Shown here: positions 1-7,930 of the stretch, piece by piece | Layout: each line of letters begins with the position of its first letter | Numbering within the stretch: position 1 is the stretch's first letter | Source: an uncultured Lachnospiraceae bacterium | GTDB taxonomy: Bacteria > Bacillota > Clostridia > Lachnospirales > Lachnospiraceae | Reading direction: 5' to 3' | DNA: 64,000 bases | Assembly (NCBI GenBank): GCA_947625205.1 | Contig: CANQNN010000003.1 | Coordinates: forward strand, 110,674 to 174,673 | Program-made: the position numbers and the translations under genes | Notes under the pieces: model-generated | What the model was told of the DNA's origin: nothing | Seen by the model: only the letters and a program-made list of their open reading frames with translations | Databases searched by the model: none

Positions 1-583
1 TTCCGGGACATATGATCCTTTTCACACACCGCGCGGATGCAAGCAGATCATTGTCCACTCCGGTATGCGCCGACTTGCTCTCGATCACGACAACATCCCT
101 GTCTTTCCATATCTGCTTAATACGCTCGAACCTCGCGGCGCTCAGTTCCCTATTGTCATACATATAATACAGCCGGGAGAAAAAAGCATCATAATACTGG
201 CACTGAGGATCACAGTACTTCTCATATTTCTTTCGGAAGAGAAGCAGGTGCTCCTTCCAAAACTTACGGCTCTCCGGCCGGTATTGTTCCAACGAACCGA
301 AGATATCGGGGATCCCTGTCATGATATTCTCAGAATGCATCCCGATGATCTCTTTAAGCCTCCCCGCCAATTCGCTGTCGGCATCCTGGAGCGGAAGCTT
401 ATCCCCTTCTATCAGACGGATCTCACCGTCCCCAAAACGCACAAAGCTTTTTTCGCTCTCAAGAAGCTCCTCTATGGTTTTGTCCAGATCCGCAACCTGC
501 AGAGGATTCTTCAATATCCCCCGCCGGTACATCTGATAGACTGCTCCGGACAGGCTGTTTTTCAACATTTGCTTCAATCCCAT
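1..583 (-). CDS. GT-D fold glycosyltransferase (DUF1792 family), 3' end cut by window edge
   Basis: Absent from the ORF track because it runs off the window. Hand translation of the minus strand from ATG at 583 stays open to base 1: MGLKQMLKNSLSGAVYQMYRRGILKNPLQVADLDKTIEELLESEKSFVRFGDGEIRLIEGDKLPLQDADSELAGRLKEII...DVVVIESKSAHTGVDNDLLASARCVKRIICPG. The SFxRFGDGE block and the GVxNDL...RIxCP block fit the DUF1792/GT-D signature as I recall it. The ATG shares one base with the TAA of the upstream gene (TAATG). Confidence 0.65.
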   Translation of the reverse strand, partial: MGLKQMLKNSLSGAVYQMYRRGILKNPLQVADLDKTIEELLESEKSFVRFGDGEIRLIEGDKLPLQDADSELAGRLKEIIGMHSENIMTGIPDIFGSLEQYRPESRKFWKEHLLLFRKKYEKYCDPQCQYYDAFFSRLYYMYDNRELSAARFERIKQIWKDRDVVVIESKSAHTGVDNDLLASARCVKRIICPG

Positions 584-1563
584 TATGAACCCCTGATCCT
601 TCTCCTCAACCGGTAATAAAACCGCTTATTTATAAACAGCAATACATATTGCAGCTTTTTGCCGCACGGCAGTCCGCTTCTTAAGATATCTTTCTTCTGC
701 TCCCGGATCAGTCTTATAACCGTCTCCTCTTCACTGTCCAGAGCCTGATCCGCCGCCAACGCGGCGTAGTGAAGCAGCAGTTCATACTCCTGCTCCCTGC
801 TCATTGCCAGAAGCGCCGTCTCATTCCTCTGTTCCAGCACGGCAGTCCGCAGCCGGTATACATACACCTTATCCAGCGAGCGCTGGGAGAACGCCTCCGC
901 CGTGGTGCTGTCATCCCTGAGCGTCCTCTCGTACAGACATTCATTGAGATAGACATACCGGTCCGTGCGCAGGAAGGCTTCGCACAGGAACGCATACTCC
1001 TCGTGGATCCTTCCGTCCGGCAGGCGCAGATCATTCAGAATATCTCTGCGAAACAGTTTGGACCAGACAGATGTGGACGGGTATCTCGATGACACCCGGC
1101 TATCCAGCTGCCTTGCGATCGCCTCCCGGCCGGACATACAGATCACCGTACCTTTTTCCATCCGGTCTGGCGGGTCCTTTTTCCTCCCGTTAAAATTACA
1201 CTCTCCGACAGCCGCGCCGTTCTCCAGCATTAACCGCAGAAGCCGCTCATACATTTCGGGATGCGGCCGATCATCTCCGTCTACAAATCCGATATAATCT
1301 CCGGAGGCCGCATCCATGCCGACGTTTCTGGCATGGCTCTGCCCGCTGTTGGCAATATGGAGCACCCTGATCCTCTGATCCCGGAGCGCATACGCATCGC
1401 ATATCCCACCGCAGGAATCGGGCGAACCGTCATCCACCAGCAGAATCTCCAGATCGTCATATGTCTGGGCGCATATGGATTCAATGCATGCGCCAATATA
1501 CTTCTCTACTTTATAGACAGGAACGATAATGCTGATTTTACAATCCTTCATGGCAATCCCCAT
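583..1563 (-). CDS. GT2 family glycosyltransferase
   Basis: 326 aa ORF. N-terminal GT-A block ISIIVPVYKVEKYIGACIESICAQTYDDLEILLVDDGSPDSCGGICD and DxD-type block GDYIGFVDGDD. Alternative ATG at 1551 (MKDCKISIIVP) is equally plausible. Confidence 0.85.
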   Translation of the reverse strand: MGIAMKDCKISIIVPVYKVEKYIGACIESICAQTYDDLEILLVDDGSPDSCGGICDAYALRDQRIRVLHIANSGQSHARNVGMDAASGDYIGFVDGDDRPHPEMYERLLRLMLENGAAVGECNFNGRKKDPPDRMEKGTVICMSGREAIARQLDSRVSSRYPSTSVWSKLFRRDILNDLRLPDGRIHEEYAFLCEAFLRTDRYVYLNECLYERTLRDDSTTAEAFSQRSLDKVYVYRLRTAVLEQRNETALLAMSREQEYELLLHYAALAADQALDSEEETVIRLIREQKKDILRSGLPCGKKLQYVLLFINKRFYYRLRRRIRGS

Positions 1564-2692
1564 TCCGCAGCGCCTTCATACAGGTTTCTATTCCTTCATA
1601 ATAATCTTCAAACCGGTAGAGAGTCGTCACATCCTGATAACTGTTGCGCCCCATTTCCCTGATCGAAGAGGGGGCTTTTAAAAAGCTTTCTATGGCCTCC
1701 TTGAGCGCCTCTTTATCATTATCCCTGAACTGCCGACCGTTATGGCCCTCCTTCACATAACAAGCAGTCCCGTTTGTATCGCTGCATATGACCGGAAGAG
1801 AGAAAGCCATCGCCTCGATCTGCGATATGCTGGCCGGCTCTAACGTGCTGGGGATCACAAACAGATCCGCCCTGGCATATTCACGTTCCATCTCACTGCG
1901 GCTCAGATTCTTAAGCAGCTCAATGTTATCCTGAAGCCCGTTTTGCATGACATATTGTTCCACCCGGGCATAATATTGCCGGTGAAATTCCGTGGAGCAC
2001 TCCCCGGCAGCCGTCAGATGAACCGCATACCGGTCCGATAATTCCTTCACCGCTTCCGCAAGCATAAGGATGTTTTTTCTTTTCTCGTATTTGCCGACCG
2101 CGAAGATACGGATAACACCGTCCGTATGATATTCCTTTTCTTCCGGTGAAAGCTTTGCCTCCGCCACGAACGGAACAAAGAACACATCTTTTTCTCTCAC
2201 AAGACCCGGCCCGGGCTTACCCGTCACCGGCGTCATGCGCACTCTGGGCGTCAGACTCCTAACAAACCGGTGCGGCAGATCGTTCTTTTCTTCCACCCAC
2301 AGGGGACTCTGATTGTACAGGATCGCCGGAATACGATAGCGTCTGCAAATTAGGTATGTCACCATAGAATAGACGGAGCGCTCCCTGATAACGGCAACGT
2401 CCGGCTTATACTTTCTGATCTTCCCGGCGAGACGGAATATGGGTGGAAAACCGCACAATAGTTTCCGGTCCGCCGCCTTTGGGTCATTTCTGTGCAGCAC
2501 TTTGACATAAAAGCGGTCTATCGCCTCAAATATTTTCGAGTATCCCACGATCTCCGGCGTCAGACAGGAATAATCCTCCACTCTCCCCGCATAATGACTC
2601 AGGAAACATACAGTGTGGCCCCGCTCCTTCAATCCTTTCATGATCGGTATCTGGTTGGTATGATACCGGGGCGCTACATATAAAAACCTCAT
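1538..2692 (-). CDS. GT4 family (GT-B fold) glycosyltransferase
   Basis: 384 aa ORF. C-terminal GT1/GT4 block FVIPSTLEPASISQIEAMAFSLPVICSDTNGTACYVKEGHNG (E-x7-E-like region). AAAGGTAAGG precedes the ATG. Confidence 0.8.
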   Translation of the reverse strand: MRFLYVAPRYHTNQIPIMKGLKERGHTVCFLSHYAGRVEDYSCLTPEIVGYSKIFEAIDRFYVKVLHRNDPKAADRKLLCGFPPIFRLAGKIRKYKPDVAVIRERSVYSMVTYLICRRYRIPAILYNQSPLWVEEKNDLPHRFVRSLTPRVRMTPVTGKPGPGLVREKDVFFVPFVAEAKLSPEEKEYHTDGVIRIFAVGKYEKRKNILMLAEAVKELSDRYAVHLTAAGECSTEFHRQYYARVEQYVMQNGLQDNIELLKNLSRSEMEREYARADLFVIPSTLEPASISQIEAMAFSLPVICSDTNGTACYVKEGHNGRQFRDNDKEALKEAIESFLKAPSSIREMGRNSYQDVTTLYRFEDYYEGIETCMKALRNGDCHEGL

Positions 2693-2705
2693 TGTACCTT
2701 ACCTT

Positions 2706-3767
2706 TCAGCGATTTGTCCGCTCACTCATCACTTCATACCAACGGTGTGTAATATTGGCCTCCGAGAACCGCTCTCTGATCAGGGCTGCCTGTCCGCCGA
2801 GTCTGGCGGCAAACTCATTCTCCTGTGCCAGTCTGCACATGGCCTGCGCCAGAGCGTTCTCATTTCCCACAGGAACAAGCAGTCCGTTCACTTCATTCTG
2901 AATACACAGTGCGGAACCTCCGATGGGGCAGTCCGTAGAGATCACGGGAAGTCCCAGCGCCATAGCCTCCAGCAGAGCGTTGGAGATGCCTTCATAATCC
3001 GATGACAGCACATACATGGACGCACACCGTATCCGCTCATGTACGTTCCTGACAAAGCCTTCCCACACTACCGAGCGATCGATCCCCAGCGCCCGTGCGG
3101 TTTTCTGCAGTTCCTCCCGCAGATAACCGTCACCGAAGATATGCAGTGTGTATTCCGGAAATTTCCCATGAAATGCGGCAAACGCCTTTAGCAGAAGCGG
3201 ATAATTCTTCTGCGGTTCAAGCCGCCCTACGGCGGCGATCTCCCGATTCCGTTCTCCCTGACAGGGTGGCATGATATTATCCGGAATGGGATTGGGGATC
3301 ACGACGCCTTTTCTTTGCAGCCGTTTCGGGAAACATCTGACTGCATCCTCTGTCTGGAAAACAAGTCTGTCCGCACATCCGAACATCATATTTCTCAAGT
3401 GGGGATGCGGACATGCCGCGGGATCATTTCTCTCCGAAATGATAAGGCGGTTCTTTAAACCGATACAGGCCGCCGCAGTATATAAATTACTTCCGAGTCC
3501 GAAAGAAACGATCACTGCCTCTTTGTCCTGGCAGAAGATCCCGCGGAGCTTCTTAAAACGCCGCACTCTTTTTACCATGCTCCCGTCGGCAGTTCCACCG
3601 GCGCAAATGACCTCCACCCCGGTATGCAGCGCATAATCCAGCCTGTTGCCCGCCGTCATGACAATCGTGATTTTATGATGCTCCTGCGCCAGTCTGTTGG
3701 CAAGAACGGATATGACCCGTTCCGCGCCGCCGCCCGCCATGCTGGCTACCGTAAAAATAATATGCAT
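2706..3767 (-). CDS. GT4 family glycosyltransferase (PglH/PglJ-like GGAERV subgroup)
   Basis: 353 aa ORF. N-terminus MHIIFTVASMAGGGAERV. C-terminal block SSDYEGISNALLEAMALGLPVISTDCPIGGSALCIQNEVNGLLVPVGN. Confidence 0.85.
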   Translation of the reverse strand: MHIIFTVASMAGGGAERVISVLANRLAQEHHKITIVMTAGNRLDYALHTGVEVICAGGTADGSMVKRVRRFKKLRGIFCQDKEAVIVSFGLGSNLYTAAACIGLKNRLIISERNDPAACPHPHLRNMMFGCADRLVFQTEDAVRCFPKRLQRKGVVIPNPIPDNIMPPCQGERNREIAAVGRLEPQKNYPLLLKAFAAFHGKFPEYTLHIFGDGYLREELQKTARALGIDRSVVWEGFVRNVHERIRCASMYVLSSDYEGISNALLEAMALGLPVISTDCPIGGSALCIQNEVNGLLVPVGNENALAQAMCRLAQENEFAARLGGQAALIRERFSEANITHRWYEVMSERTNR

Positions 3768-3787
3768 GCTTTCCCCTTTCGGGCATT

Positions 3788-4795
3788 TTACTGCTGTTCG
3801 ATAAACTTATTTTCCTTGAGCGAATACTTGCCGCCCTTTAAAAATTTATGTCTGATGACCCACCATGCCGGCACCCAGATATATTTATGCATAGCGGGCG
3901 ATGCACTTCCTATCATCCAGCAGTTCCTGTCGCAGTTTCTGGTACATCTGCGGACTTCTTCGGCCTGTCTGGAATTCCACAGCTCCTCCCAGCTCTGCGT
4001 CCGCAGATTACCCATAACGGCTTTCTGTTCCATGCCGTTACACGGGATCACATCGCAGAAAGGATCGATAAAGAACGCATTCCTGGACATATCGCAGGGA
4101 AGTAATCTCCTGTTGCCGTATATATAATTGATAAGCCCGTGGTTAAAATACGCCCTGAACCATTTTTTTGGCGAATTGCTTTTTAGCAGTTCATTGATCA
4201 GCTTCTCAAAATTCTGTGATACCTTAAGCTTGTCGTCTATCCGGTTGTCTTTCTTCCTGAAATAAAATGAGTTATGGAGCGTCGCTGTGGCAAACTCCAT
4301 TCCCATATCGTTTGCGATATTGTATAAGGGCACCAGATCTTCACAGTTCATATCCTGCACCGTCATCCCAAATCCCACATCGGGGTGCCCCATGTCCACC
4401 AGCGTTTTTAACGTATTGTATCCCCTGTTAAATCCATCGGGGATCCCTCTGATCCTGTCATTGGTTTCCTGGAGTCCCTCTATGCTGATACGAATCCCTA
4501 CCTTGGGAAACTCTTTGCACAGGGCTATGATCCGGTCTGTAAAATATCCGTTGGTGGAGATCACGATCCGGTCGGATCTCTTGTACAATTCCCGCACAAT
4601 ATCCGGTATGTCCTGCCGCACAAACGGTTCCCCGCCTGTGACGTTGGTAAACGCCATCTCCGGCAGCTTTCTAATATCCTCCAGTGTGATCTCCTCCTCC
4701 GGTCTTGTAGGGTCTTTAAAGCAGTCACACATGTTGCATCTGGCATTGCATCTGTAGGTTACGATCACCGTACCGTATAATTTTCTTCTGGACAT
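3788..4795 (-). CDS. Radical SAM enzyme with Cys-rich SPASM/twitch-like C-terminal domain
   Basis: CX3CX2C cluster motif in VIVTYRCNARCNMCDCF and a TGGEPF (GGE) SAM-binding block. C-terminal cysteines: LLPCDMSRNAFFIDPFCDVIPCNG and RRCTRNCDRNCWMIG. The track ORF extends to 4834 (TTG). I prefer ATG at 4795 (MSRRKLYG) because GAAAGGAAAGAG sits just upstream and it lies beyond the upstream stop at 4809. Confidence 0.8.
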   Translation of the reverse strand: MSRRKLYGTVIVTYRCNARCNMCDCFKDPTRPEEEITLEDIRKLPEMAFTNVTGGEPFVRQDIPDIVRELYKRSDRIVISTNGYFTDRIIALCKEFPKVGIRISIEGLQETNDRIRGIPDGFNRGYNTLKTLVDMGHPDVGFGMTVQDMNCEDLVPLYNIANDMGMEFATATLHNSFYFRKKDNRIDDKLKVSQNFEKLINELLKSNSPKKWFRAYFNHGLINYIYGNRRLLPCDMSRNAFFIDPFCDVIPCNGMEQKAVMGNLRTQSWEELWNSRQAEEVRRCTRNCDRNCWMIGSASPAMHKYIWVPAWWVIRHKFLKGGKYSLKENKFIEQQ

Positions 4796-4808
4796 CTCTT
4801 TCCTTTCT

Positions 4809-6020
4809 TCACTCTGCCTGTCCATAGTACACAAGCAGTTTTTTGCAATAATCCTCTATCTGGTCAAAGGACGTTCCCTGGCATCCGGCAGTCAGCCGCT
4901 TCCTTGTCACGGTATCGTCCCACAGCTTTCTTATGGCGCTCTCAAGCTGCGCCTCATCCCCGCTCTCAAATAAAAGCCCGTTTCCATCTTCCCGAATCAG
5001 TTCCGGCACGCCGCCTATATCCGCGCCGATCACAGGCGTACCATATGTCAGCGCCTCCATAACGGCAAACGGACAATTCTCATTGCACTCCGAAGGGAAT
5101 ACAGAAAAAAGCGCTTTACCGATCAGCTCTTTCAGTTCTTCTCCCGACTTAAAACCCACATCGGTAATATTGGGGAGTGTTTTCACTTCCGCCTCCAGAG
5201 GGCCATTTCCCGCAAAGACAAAGTTGATATCCTCAAGTTTTCTGCATACTCGCAGCAGAGTCGCGATCCCTTTTTCCGCCGAATACCTTCCGAAATAGAG
5301 CACGTAGGGCTTGTCCGTATCTTTCTCATAAGCGCGCTGCGGTTTCTCCACAAAATTATGCATCACCACAGTTTTTCCTTTAAGCTGCGGACAGGCGTCC
5401 AGCTTATCCTGTAGGAATTTACTGGGACAGATCGCCACGTCGATCAGCCTGTATGTTTTCAATCTGCGATAGATCCATGCCTCTACGCTCCCAAGAAGAC
5501 TCCTGGCAAAAGACCCGTGAATACACTTATACTTCGCACAGTTCCACGGACTGCCCCCAATACATTCTGTGCACCGCTCTCCTGTTATATACCGCTGCAT
5601 CAGATGATTGGGGCACACAAGCTGGCTGTCATGCGCCGTAAATACAATTCTTGTATTTCTGCCTGTCTCCTTGCGGTAACGCCGGACCGCATACAGGATG
5701 GAGGGGGTAAGCTGAAAATTAAAATTATTCAGATGCACCGCATCCGGTTCAAAATCGTCCAGGACCCTCCTGATCTTCTTTGCCGCTTCAGCCGAATAGA
5801 TGATCTTAAAAGGATAAAGCAGCCTCCCGATCTTACCCGAATGGAAGTCCATATCCGAAGTATAGCTTTCGACACGGTTTCCCACGATGCGTCCTTCGTG
5901 TTCCATCCCAAAATACTGTACTTCATGTCCCATAGCAGTAAGTTGCTCTCCTATGCGGAAGATATAGGTTTCCGATCCGCCGTTTTGATACAGGAACTTA
6001 TTGACTATCAAAATCTTCAT
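4809..6020 (-). CDS. GT4 family glycosyltransferase
   Basis: N-terminus MKILIVNKFLYQNGGSETYIFRIGEQL. C-terminal block FPSECNENCPFAVMEALTYGTPVIGADIGGVPELIREDGNGLLF. The track start at 6032 is a GTG overlapping the upstream TGA; ATG at 6020 gives the typical GT4 N-terminus. Confidence 0.8.
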   Translation of the reverse strand: MKILIVNKFLYQNGGSETYIFRIGEQLTAMGHEVQYFGMEHEGRIVGNRVESYTSDMDFHSGKIGRLLYPFKIIYSAEAAKKIRRVLDDFEPDAVHLNNFNFQLTPSILYAVRRYRKETGRNTRIVFTAHDSQLVCPNHLMQRYITGERCTECIGGSPWNCAKYKCIHGSFARSLLGSVEAWIYRRLKTYRLIDVAICPSKFLQDKLDACPQLKGKTVVMHNFVEKPQRAYEKDTDKPYVLYFGRYSAEKGIATLLRVCRKLEDINFVFAGNGPLEAEVKTLPNITDVGFKSGEELKELIGKALFSVFPSECNENCPFAVMEALTYGTPVIGADIGGVPELIREDGNGLLFESGDEAQLESAIRKLWDDTVTRKRLTAGCQGTSFDQIEDYCKKLLVYYGQAE

Positions 6021-6028
6021 GCTTATTC

Positions 6029-7930
6029 TCACTTATCCGTCAGTTTCCGATATATCTCTATCGTCTGTCTGGTCACATTGTCCCAGTCATATTTCCGGCA
6101 GATGAATTCGCTGCTCTGCTCCTTGCAGGCGGCAACCTTCTCCGGATGCTCCAGCAGATCCTCAAGCTGCCTGCGCAGATCATCCACATCGGACTTCTTA
6201 AATGTGACAGCCTTGTCCTCCACTACTTCCGTATTTTCCTCGATATCGCTCACCAGACAGCAGTTGCCGAAGCTCATTGCCTCCAACAGACCAAGCGCCA
6301 TTCCCTCCACATCACTTGGAAGGACAAATACCCACGCATTGGAGTAGAGTTCTTCCAGCTCCTGTCCCTGTACAAAGCCTGTCATAATGATATTATCATT
6401 ATTCTCCGCTCTCTTATGGATCTGCGCCACATACTCTGCGGAATGGCTGTTTCCGCCTGCGATCACCAGCTTCTTATCGGTCTTTAACCGCTCGTATGCC
6501 TCGATCAGATAATGCGCGCCTTTTTCCGGAACCAGCCGGGCGAGGAAAAGAATATAGCCGTCTTTCTTAATTCCCCACCGCTCCGTTATCCTCTCTGCGG
6601 GTCGTATGGAGGGCCTGATAATTCCGTTGGGAATATAGACCGTATCCCTTCCGTATGCTTTCTTAAAGTAATCCTGCACATTGCGGGAGAGCACAATGAT
6701 CTCGTCCGCATGCTTTACAGCCTGCTTCTCTCCGAACAGGAGCACATTCGAAGCGAAATTTCCCCACTTGGAGCGCTGCCAGTCGAGTCCGTGAATCGTG
6801 GCAACCACTTTATTGCCAAACAGCTTCTGAAGCCACAGCATGGCACACGGACCTTCCGCATGATAATGACAGACGCCGTATCTGCCAAACAGAGACCTAA
6901 TCGTCGCAAGAAAAGAATAAACGATGGCGTTCAATCTGCTGCTTCTGAAGGTCGGTATCGTCAAAAGCCTGATCCCATTATATACCTTCCCTCTCTTTTC
7001 ATCAAATTCCTTGCCGGACACATGGTAGCCTGACCGGTTGTATGCGTCCACCTGATATCCCTGCGCTACCAGCCGGGTTGACAGCTCGTCCACTACAATT
7101 TCCACGCCGCCTTCACGCGACGGGATCCTCTTGTGCCCGATCATCGCTATCCGCTTATTCCTGATCTGCCTGCGAAACCGGAAGCTCTCTGCAAAAACAA
7201 GCCATAGAAAAGTAAAATTGGTATTAAAATATCTGGGAATAAGCCGCAAGGGATCCTGTGTGATCCGGTACAGCCACTCCAGGCAGCACTCCTGCATCCA
7301 CCTGGGCGCACGCCTGACGGTTCCGGCGCTGAAGTCAAACGCCGCGCCCACTCCCAGCATAATGCCCGATACCCTGAACCGGTGATCGTACATCCACTTC
7401 TCCTGCTTAGGCGCGCCCAGCGCCACCCATATGAAATCAGGCTTGGCCCGGTTGATCTCTTCCACGATCCTCCCGTCTTCTTCAGGGGTCAGATCCCGGA
7501 AAGGCGGCGAGTACATTCCGACAATATTAAGGTTCGGATACGCATGCTCCAGATTGTCCTTAAGGGCCTGCAGCGTCTCCTCGGTGCTGCCGTAAAAATA
7601 ATGACGGTAACCTCTGCGCTCCGATTCTTTAAAAAGGCGCAGCATCAGATCCGGTCCCGGCACCCTCTCCGCATCCCTGTATCCTCTGTGCCTGCTCACG
7701 ATAGACAGCGGTTTCCCATCGGGAAGCGCCATTGCGCCGGAATTCTGTATCTTTCTGTATTCTGCATCACGGTAGGCCATGACCGTCGTATGCACATTGG
7801 ACACACAAACATAATTTCCTCTTAACTGTTCCATGTTATCACACAGATAATTCAGTGTTTTTTCCATAGAAGTCACGTTAATATCGGTTTTCAGTATCGT
7901 ACAATACCGCAACGGCTGATTTCTATCCAT
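6029..7930 (-). CDS. Bifunctional fusion: N-terminal WecB/TagA/CpsF (GT26) domain and C-terminal DUF1972-type GT4 domain
   Basis: 633 aa. The first ~255 aa carry GT26 blocks: VSNVHTTVMA, ALPDGKPL, YFYGSTEETL, DFIWVALGAPKQEKWM, GVGAAFDFSAGTVRRAPRWMQECCLEWLYRITQDPLRL. From about residue 265 comes IAMIGHKRIPSREGGVEIVVDELSTRLVAQGY (DUF1972-like, as in WchF/RgpA-type enzymes). Then VLPSDVEGMALGLLEAMSFGNCCLVSDIEEN (GT4). Confidence 0.75.
   Translation of the reverse strand: MDRNQPLRYCTILKTDINVTSMEKTLNYLCDNMEQLRGNYVCVSNVHTTVMAYRDAEYRKIQNSGAMALPDGKPLSIVSRHRGYRDAERVPGPDLMLRLFKESERRGYRHYFYGSTEETLQALKDNLEHAYPNLNIVGMYSPPFRDLTPEEDGRIVEEINRAKPDFIWVALGAPKQEKWMYDHRFRVSGIMLGVGAAFDFSAGTVRRAPRWMQECCLEWLYRITQDPLRLIPRYFNTNFTFLWLVFAESFRFRRQIRNKRIAMIGHKRIPSREGGVEIVVDELSTRLVAQGYQVDAYNRSGYHVSGKEFDEKRGKVYNGIRLLTIPTFRSSRLNAIVYSFLATIRSLFGRYGVCHYHAEGPCAMLWLQKLFGNKVVATIHGLDWQRSKWGNFASNVLLFGEKQAVKHADEIIVLSRNVQDYFKKAYGRDTVYIPNGIIRPSIRPAERITERWGIKKDGYILFLARLVPEKGAHYLIEAYERLKTDKKLVIAGGNSHSAEYVAQIHKRAENNDNIIMTGFVQGQELEELYSNAWVFVLPSDVEGMALGLLEAMSFGNCCLVSDIEENTEVVEDKAVTFKKSDVDDLRRQLEDLLEHPEKVAACKEQSSEFICRKYDWDNVTRQTIEIYRKLTDK

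Noticed and set aside
65-616. 183 aa plus-strand ORF at the left edge (and the nested 321-536 ORF)
   Set aside because: Its translation is low-complexity and has no recognisable motif. The opposite strand reads as a clean GT-D/DUF1792 protein (RFGDGE block) with a start coupled to the upstream stop, so the plus ORF is an antisense shadow.
3768-4834. RiPP-type precursor peptide gene next to the radical SAM/SPASM-like gene
   Set aside because: The flanking spacers are only 20 nt and about 13 nt and hold no small ORF. Both neighbours are GT4 genes, so a peptide-maturation role is not supported by context.
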